Shown: in pieces, positions 25,101 through 30,359 of the stretch
How positions within the stretch are numbered: position 1 is the first letter of the stretch
Layout: the number at the start of each line of letters is the position of its first letter
From: a virus
Taxonomy: Duplodnaviria > Caudoviricetes
Virus record (IMG/VR): IMGVR_UViG_3300012953_000136
Coordinates: 1-30,359 of that record
Reading direction: 5' to 3' (one strand)
Length of the DNA stretch: 30,359 nucleotides
Translations under genes and position numbers: made by a program
Notes under the pieces: model-generated
The model's database searches: none
Seen by the model: the letters and a program-made list of their open reading frames with translations, nothing else
Told to the model about the DNA's origin: nothing

Positions 25101-27316
25101 AGGTTACAGAAAGTACACAAAGAAATAATATCGAAGGTGGTGAAGGTGGAAGATGGAGAAGAAGGAGAGGAACATCCTCAACAACTACTGTAGCTACAAC
25201 TACTACTTCAAATCAAGCTAGATCAGGATTAAGAACAACAGTCGTACCTGATACACAATTAAAAGAATTAGGTTCAAGAGTGGTAGAAACAAACTTTGTA
25301 CCATTTATGAGATCAAGAGAAATATTCTTTAAAGCAGAAATGATGAAACCTAATACAAAGGTATATGCTTTCTTTAATGGAGCTAATGTAACAAATTATT
25401 GTTCAGAAACAGGTGGATTTAAAGTCTTTGCAAATGAAACAGGTGTAGTTGGATATAAAGGTGCTACATCCCATGCAAACAATACTGATTTAATTACAGA
25501 TGCCACAGGTAAAGTAGAAGGTTCATTTAGAATACCACATAATTCTACACTTAAATTTAAAACAGGTACAAGAGAATTTAGATTAACAGATTCTAATGTA
25601 AATGATAAAGATAATGAAACAACTTTTTCAGAAGCATTATATCACGCTCAAGGTTTACTGGAAGTAAAAGAAAATGTTATAATGTCAACTAAGGTACCTA
25701 GATTCGTATCAACAGAATTAACTGATGATAGAGTTATTCAAGATGTTGCTATAACAAGATTTACAGATCCAGTTGAATGGGTTGATCCACTAGCACAAAC
25801 ATTTATTGTTGATACTGCAGGTGGGGTATTCATGTCATCTTGTGAGATTTATATAGCAGCAAAGGATGCAAATCTACCAATAAGACTTTCTATACGTTCA
25901 GTTGAAAATGGAACACCAACACAACAAATAGTTCCTGGATCAGACATTAAAGTATATCCAGGTTCAATTACTACATCAACTGACGGTTCAGTTGCAACTA
26001 AATTCACATTTGATCACCCAGTTTATTTAGGTCAAGATCAAGAATATGCAATTGTATTAATATCAATGTCCGATGATTATAAAGTATTCATCGCAGAAAC
26101 AGGTGGATTTGATTTAGCAAATACATCAAACAGAGTTACAAAACAACCATATAATGGTGTATTCTTTACTTCTGCTAATGCTTCTACATGGACTCCAGAA
26201 CAAACAAAAGATCTTAAGTTTAAACTTAATAAGTGTAACTTTACTCAAACCACTGGTACCGTAGTATTAAATAATGATGCTATACCACCAAAAGCATTAG
26301 GAACAAATCCAATAAGATATGTTGCTAACTCTGGTTCAGATACTATTATAAGAATAACACATAGAAACCATGGTATGTTTAATAATAGTTCAGTTACATT
26401 AGCTGGATTTAGTGCAGAGAATGGTATAGCAGCAGCTAAGATTAATGCAAATCATACTATTACAAATGTAGAACACGATAGTTATTCAATTCTTGTTACA
26501 GGTGATAATGCAACAACAGTTGCAATCGATGGTGGTGGTTCTAATATGACAGCCACAGAGAATAAGGTTTATAATGTTGTAGTTCCACAGGTTCAAACAT
26601 TAGAAGTACCAGGGACAGGTATGTCATTTAGCTTAGCTGGATATACAGCTCAATCACAAGATGGTGCTGAATCAGCATATGCTTCCTCAACTATCGGACA
26701 GATATTACCTAATTCAAATAATACACTTACATCACCACATGTGATTGCATCAGCAAGAAATGAATCAGCACAAAGTATAACTGCTAATCAATCATTTGCA
26801 CTTACAGCTACATTAAATGGAACATCAAATCTAAGTCCAATTATCGATTTAAATAGATGTTCAGTAACAACTGTTGCTAATAGAACAAATGATGCAGGAG
26901 CTAATTCAGGTGGATCAGCTTATAATAATACTGGATATGGAAGAAATTACGTAGCAGAAACAGAAGCATTTGGTGGATCAGAATTAAATTCATATATAAC
27001 AAAGAGAATTGATCTTAATAACGAATCATCAAATATCGATGTTTATATAAGTTGTAATAAACCTAAGAATGCTAGTATTGATCTTTATTATAAAACATTA
27101 CCAGCTGGTTCTGATTTAAACTTTGATGACCAAGGTTGGACATTGGATGCACCAGAAACTGCAATACCAGATAACGATGGTGGGGTATATAATGAAGCAC
27201 ATTATTCAATAACTCCAGAGAAGTTTGGATCATTTGCAATTAAAGTAGTATTGAGAACAACTAACAGCTCATATGTTCCTTCGATTAAGGACTTTAGAGC
27301 AATAGCGAGTATATAA
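22115..27316 (+). CDS. Large virion structural protein, VrlC/DUF4815-like (1733 aa)
   Basis: N.APYYDDFD..KNYHRVLFRPG.AVQARELTQLQ N-terminus; RYTMRDIG....RVKNLEYYTSLSLLE; DPLAQTF; C-terminal FAIKVVL.....YVP.IKDFRAIA. Confidence 0.88.
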   Translation: MAITRVKNYNVAPYYDDFDESKNYHRVLFRPGFAVQARELTQLQTALQSQVDKLGQYNFNDGSRVVGGKVSINTEYDFIKLTSTSSVAAFVGTTITGGTNGVTADVLEAIAASGSDPDTLYIKYNNAGTNNATSLFVNGESITNGSKTATLASSSATGKGSRVSIEEGVYFISGTMAYVSSQSLILDKYTNTPNYIIGLSVTESLVESGTDSTLVDNATGTPNFAAPGAHRYSIATALIKESLTAPNTTHSNYILLMKVKAGIIQVKTEDKTANTELTSRLARRTHEESGNYSVTPYTLDIREHLDDEAGNGGYLTAASGGSATKLAIGVEPSTAYVQGFRVENLATKYVTVDKPRDHVNENENSVFLPVGNFVNLTLSTVRGMPDVNSYTTIELRNSSSTKIGEARVRGFEVATASIWRLFLFDIVMNSGQTFSNVAKVFQTQSNQDFQADLNTAGTRFDTGNNGMVFKLPYDGVKTLLGSSPADPLEYNVRKEVEGTVSGSGATATVSFTNLGGNLQSNSDIIIATAGNAAEVVPPACVSGVGSTTLTLTNAGSALTGFASGTPHVKVICTVQKNASGGQKAKTLTTVSATGFTYASATGYIPLDKSDIYSIDTVTVGGVDAKDKFTLDDGQRDNFYDEGRLTPIGGWLANGTVVTISFKYWLHSGAGDYFSVDSYGGSNYEKIGTFDGMQGKVELRDCLDFRPTKASSGSITTGQEFTTGTGFSNSQAVKPGSVAQADVDHYVGRIDKLYIDREGNFKTVTGVASNYPQSPDDIDDSMTIFELHYQPYVFDTGDCIPVKIDSKRYTMRDIGSIDTRVKNLEYYTSLSLLEKDATSVQIQDGSSNDRLKNGIIVDGFYGHNIGNVRHPDYHNSVDKTPGVLRPKYYSDNTNLIKGAVSNVTQTGSLLHLPFTEAIYAEQPYATMQEFVNPYNVFTWGGTLDLSPESDEWKDTDTRPDVVIDDEGVYDQLVSMAEQNGILGTVWNEWETNWTGVEVTESTQRNNIEGGEGGRWRRRRGTSSTTTVATTTTSNQARSGLRTTVVPDTQLKELGSRVVETNFVPFMRSREIFFKAEMMKPNTKVYAFFNGANVTNYCSETGGFKVFANETGVVGYKGATSHANNTDLITDATGKVEGSFRIPHNSTLKFKTGTREFRLTDSNVNDKDNETTFSEALYHAQGLLEVKENVIMSTKVPRFVSTELTDDRVIQDVAITRFTDPVEWVDPLAQTFIVDTAGGVFMSSCEIYIAAKDANLPIRLSIRSVENGTPTQQIVPGSDIKVYPGSITTSTDGSVATKFTFDHPVYLGQDQEYAIVLISMSDDYKVFIAETGGFDLANTSNRVTKQPYNGVFFTSANASTWTPEQTKDLKFKLNKCNFTQTTGTVVLNNDAIPPKALGTNPIRYVANSGSDTIIRITHRNHGMFNNSSVTLAGFSAENGIAAAKINANHTITNVEHDSYSILVTGDNATTVAIDGGGSNMTATENKVYNVVVPQVQTLEVPGTGMSFSLAGYTAQSQDGAESAYASSTIGQILPNSNNTLTSPHVIASARNESAQSITANQSFALTATLNGTSNLSPIIDLNRCSVTTVANRTNDAGANSGGSAYNNTGYGRNYVAETEAFGGSELNSYITKRIDLNNESSNIDVYISCNKPKNASIDLYYKTLPAGSDLNFDDQGWTLDAPETAIPDNDGGVYNEAHYSITPEKFGSFAIKVVLRTTNSSYVPSIKDFRAIASI

Positions 27317-27552
27317 TGCCAAGAAAAAAGAAGATAGAAGAACCAGAAATAGTACCAGTAGAAAATAATCCTGACTTAGTTCGTGATTTATCTACCAATG
27401 CTATTATAAATACTAATAACTACGCATTTGAAAACAGATTAAAGCAAATAGAAAAATCTGAATTAGATGCAAAACAGTCTGAGGATATAGTACAACTGAA
27501 GAAGGACGTGGAAGATATTAAGAAACTTTTAGAAAAGATAGCGAGTAAATAA
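27316..27552 (+). CDS. Small coiled-coil protein typical after VrlC-like genes
   Basis: VENNPDLVRD..TNAIINT motif and LKKDVEDIKKLL tail. Confidence 0.8.
   Translation: MPRKKKIEEPEIVPVENNPDLVRDLSTNAIINTNNYAFENRLKQIEKSELDAKQSEDIVQLKKDVEDIKKLLEKIASK
27405..27412 (+). promoter_or_regulatory. Late promoter inside the small ORF, upstream of the fibre gene
   Basis: Exact TATAAATA within the IINT codons. Confidence 0.65.
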
Positions 27553-30359
27553 TGCCAGCAAATAACGAAACTAGAATTATAAAGACCAACACATTTGAAG
27601 ATTGGAGACAAAAGGATAACGAGATCTCATTTGAACTTGGTGATGTTGATCAGCTAGATTCTCGTATACTAGATAAAAATCATAGTTGGACAGCATCAGC
27701 CGATCAATCTATATTTCAAGATGTAGCACACAGATTTGAAATAGCACCAGAACAAGTTACAGATATAAATGTTATAATCTTTACGGGATTATCTTCTATA
27801 CCAAGTAACTTTGTAGCTGGAAATACAGTAACACAATCAGGTGGATTTTCCGGTAAGATTTTATGGATTAATAAAAATAAAGTTGCACTTGAATTAACAT
27901 CCGGAACATTTAATGCAGGACAAAACTTAGCTCAAGGTGGACAAAATATTCCACATGCTAATATAGTAAGACAAATAGTAGAATCGGTTAAAGTTGGATA
28001 TGCTAGAGTAAAGGTCGAAGGGACAGAAATTACTCAAAGCCAAATTCAAGCTGGATGGCATGCAGCTAGTTATAATTTAAAGATTACACTAACAGGTACA
28101 CCAACAATACCATCTACATTTACAGAAGGTGCAACACTTTATCAAGGAAGTGTTGGATCAGAATCATTTACTGGTACATTACTATATGCTGATTCATCGT
28201 ATTTATATTTTAAAACCCATACTGGAACATTTAATACCAGTATTATGGTTAAACAATCAGAAACAGCTGGTGATAGAATCACAGCTGGTGGATTAAATGC
28301 AGCAACTGCAGCAGATACATCATTCTTACAATTAATTGAATTACATACACAATCAAGTGCTGATGATGTAGTATTACTTATTGCAAATTCAGCCGTATTA
28401 GCTATTAATGAAGTACAAGATGATATTGGTGATATTACTTCATTAGGAACAACTAATAAAGCAGATCTAGTTACAGCTATTAACGAATTAGAAACTGCAG
28501 CACGTGGATCAACAGCTAACTATACTATTAGTACTACATCAAATGATTTAGTTGGAGCAATAAACGAACACGATGCTGAATTAGGAACAATTACATCTGT
28601 TGCAATGGGAACAGGTGCAGCAACAGTAAGTGGAGCTATTGCAGAATTAGAAAACGAAATAGATGTTCTTAATGCAAGAGTAGAACCAACACAAGCATTT
28701 GCAGGAACATTTAGTGCATCAACAGTGATGGATGCTTTAAATGAACATGAAGGTGATATTGGTAATATGACTTTCACAGGCTTAGCAGCTACTGATATAT
28801 CAGCAGCATTAAGAGAAGTAAGAGTTGATATAGGTAACGTTGGAAATAGTGGAGCAACACTAACAACTGGTACAAATATTGCAGCTACAGATTTAACAGC
28901 AGCAGTTGTAGAATTAGATGGAACAATAGGATCTGGTGTTATAACAGGATCAGGAACAGAAGCAGTTGGAGCTGGGAGCTTAACCACTGCAGTTAACCTA
29001 TTAAATACAGCACTTGGTGATTCAGATTCATATAATGATGGAACATACGGTGCAAATACAATTGCAGGTACATTAGATCTTTTACAAGCTGGAATGATCT
29101 CTAATGATACAGATATAGCAGCAAGACTAATTAAAACAAGTGGAAGTTCACAAGCATTAGCAACTGACTTAACATTTGGTGGTAATAAAACCTATACAGT
29201 ATCTTCTGGTTCCACACTAGACGTTTCAAATGGTACATTATTATTACCAGGTAATGCTTCAGGTGTTAACACATTCTCAGTATCATTCCTTAATGTTGAT
29301 GGTAATCAAACATCAACTGGTATGGGTATGCGAGTTGATAGAGCTCATATTGGTGGTTCTCCAACCCCTTATCCAGCAGTACAATGGAGAGAATCTCAGA
29401 TTGGTGCTAGTAAAGGACACAGAGGATGGCAGATAGTTGGAACAAACGCTGCTGGTTCTTCATCAGTTACATCTGATTTAGTTACATTCTATAATGCTGA
29501 AGATTTAATTTCAAGTAATACTGAATCAGGTATTGCAGTAACATGGGATTCAACAAATCAGAATTTTGATTTTAATGTAAATGATTTCACAATTACATTA
29601 GGCGGTGATTTAACAGGTAATGTTACAATTACAGACTTAGCAAGTGCTACACTTACAGCGACAGTCGCAGCTAACTCAGTAGCTTTAGGAACAGATACAA
29701 CTGGCAATTATATGTCAGGTATCTCAGGTACTGCAAACGAAATTACAGTAACACATACTCCAGGTGAAGGTTCATCTGCAACAATAGCATTACCAGATGA
29801 TGTTACTATTGGAAATAACTTAGTAGTTACAGATTATGCAAGAGCAGCTGGTCTTAGAGTTGGTACATCCGGAGCAGATCCAGGTGATAACAATATGGCA
29901 GTTGCTGGTAATGCAGAAGTAGGTGGAAACTTAACAGTCACAGGAAACTTTACAGTAAATGGTACAACAACTACATTAAGCACAACTAACTTAGAAGTTG
30001 AAGATACACTTATACTAGCAGGTTCAGATTTAGGATCTACAGAACCAAGTACAGGTGGATTTGGATTAGAAACTAAAGTGTTCGCGGGCGTACACTCGAA
30101 CGCGGCAGCAGGCGTAACGGGCGCACACTCACTCGTATATAACTTTGCTACAGATAGATGGGAAGCTGATGGATCATTAGTTCTTTCAGCAGCTACTGTA
30201 GGTTCACCAGATGTAGCAGCAGAAGGAAGCGCTAGTCTTGCATTAACACAATCTAGAAGATTACATTTTAATGCAGGTGCAGGTACATCAACATCAGCTT
30301 CTTTAAGTAGTAATGATATTGATATTACAGTTAATAATACTGATAGAGGTTCAGCACAA
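27552..30359 (+). CDS. Tail fibre-like structural protein, 3'-truncated (at least 936 aa; absent from the track because no stop lies in the window)
   Basis: MPANNETRIIKTNTFEDWRQKDNEI start; LVTAINE/LVGAINE-type repeats at about 28.4-29.1 kb; GNLTVTGNFTVNGTTTT fibre motif; same frame at both ends and at the internal points checked. Confidence 0.85.
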   Translation, partial: MPANNETRIIKTNTFEDWRQKDNEISFELGDVDQLDSRILDKNHSWTASADQSIFQDVAHRFEIAPEQVTDINVIIFTGLSSIPSNFVAGNTVTQSGGFSGKILWINKNKVALELTSGTFNAGQNLAQGGQNIPHANIVRQIVESVKVGYARVKVEGTEITQSQIQAGWHAASYNLKITLTGTPTIPSTFTEGATLYQGSVGSESFTGTLLYADSSYLYFKTHTGTFNTSIMVKQSETAGDRITAGGLNAATAADTSFLQLIELHTQSSADDVVLLIANSAVLAINEVQDDIGDITSLGTTNKADLVTAINELETAARGSTANYTISTTSNDLVGAINEHDAELGTITSVAMGTGAATVSGAIAELENEIDVLNARVEPTQAFAGTFSASTVMDALNEHEGDIGNMTFTGLAATDISAALREVRVDIGNVGNSGATLTTGTNIAATDLTAAVVELDGTIGSGVITGSGTEAVGAGSLTTAVNLLNTALGDSDSYNDGTYGANTIAGTLDLLQAGMISNDTDIAARLIKTSGSSQALATDLTFGGNKTYTVSSGSTLDVSNGTLLLPGNASGVNTFSVSFLNVDGNQTSTGMGMRVDRAHIGGSPTPYPAVQWRESQIGASKGHRGWQIVGTNAAGSSSVTSDLVTFYNAEDLISSNTESGIAVTWDSTNQNFDFNVNDFTITLGGDLTGNVTITDLASATLTATVAANSVALGTDTTGNYMSGISGTANEITVTHTPGEGSSATIALPDDVTIGNNLVVTDYARAAGLRVGTSGADPGDNNMAVAGNAEVGGNLTVTGNFTVNGTTTTLSTTNLEVEDTLILAGSDLGSTEPSTGGFGLETKVFAGVHSNAAAGVTGAHSLVYNFATDRWEADGSLVLSAATVGSPDVAAEGSASLALTQSRRLHFNAGAGTSTSASLSSNDIDITVNNTDRGSAQ

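Noticed and set aside
8374-29436. Other nested or antisense ORFs (8374-8571, 8565-8837, 12123-12335, 15288-15554, 27420-27611, 28520-28987, 29230-29436)
   Set aside because: Shadows of real genes; the last two lie within the long fibre ORF missing from the track and 27420-27611 overlaps its start
1-30359. CRISPR arrays, tRNA genes, introns, inteins, homing endonucleases, DGR repeats, stop-codon recoding
   Set aside because: No repeat-spacer pattern, cloverleaf, interrupted core gene or reverse transcriptase seen; genes read through under the standard code

Overview
AT-rich segment of a T4-like (myovirus) phage genome; gene content and order resemble marine T4-like phages (inference; the host cannot be read from the sequence). 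1-6.2 kb (+): small early hypothetical genes with three near-identical T4-early/sigma70 promoters, then the g33-g59-g32 replication/transcription block and a UUCG terminator. 6.3-11.3 kb (-): g4, g2, tail-tube-family g54-like, g26, g51-like, a small membrane protein and a repeat-rich tape-measure-like gene. 11.4-30.4 kb (+): baseplate operon g48, g53, hub, a short lysozyme-less g5, an unknown 363-aa gene, g25, g6, g7, g8, VrlC/DUF4815, a small protein and a truncated fibre gene, with TATAAATA late promoters. Main leads: (1) a candidate late-promoter-driven ~60-nt hairpin RNA whose loop is complementary to the RBS of an early gene, alongside leaderless or translationally coupled late genes; (2) a candidate -1 frameshift fusing g26 to g51 in a lambda G/GT-like position; (3) recurring short CpG-rich islands written with rare synonymous codons. 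All calls come from motif recognition by eye; no database searches were run.
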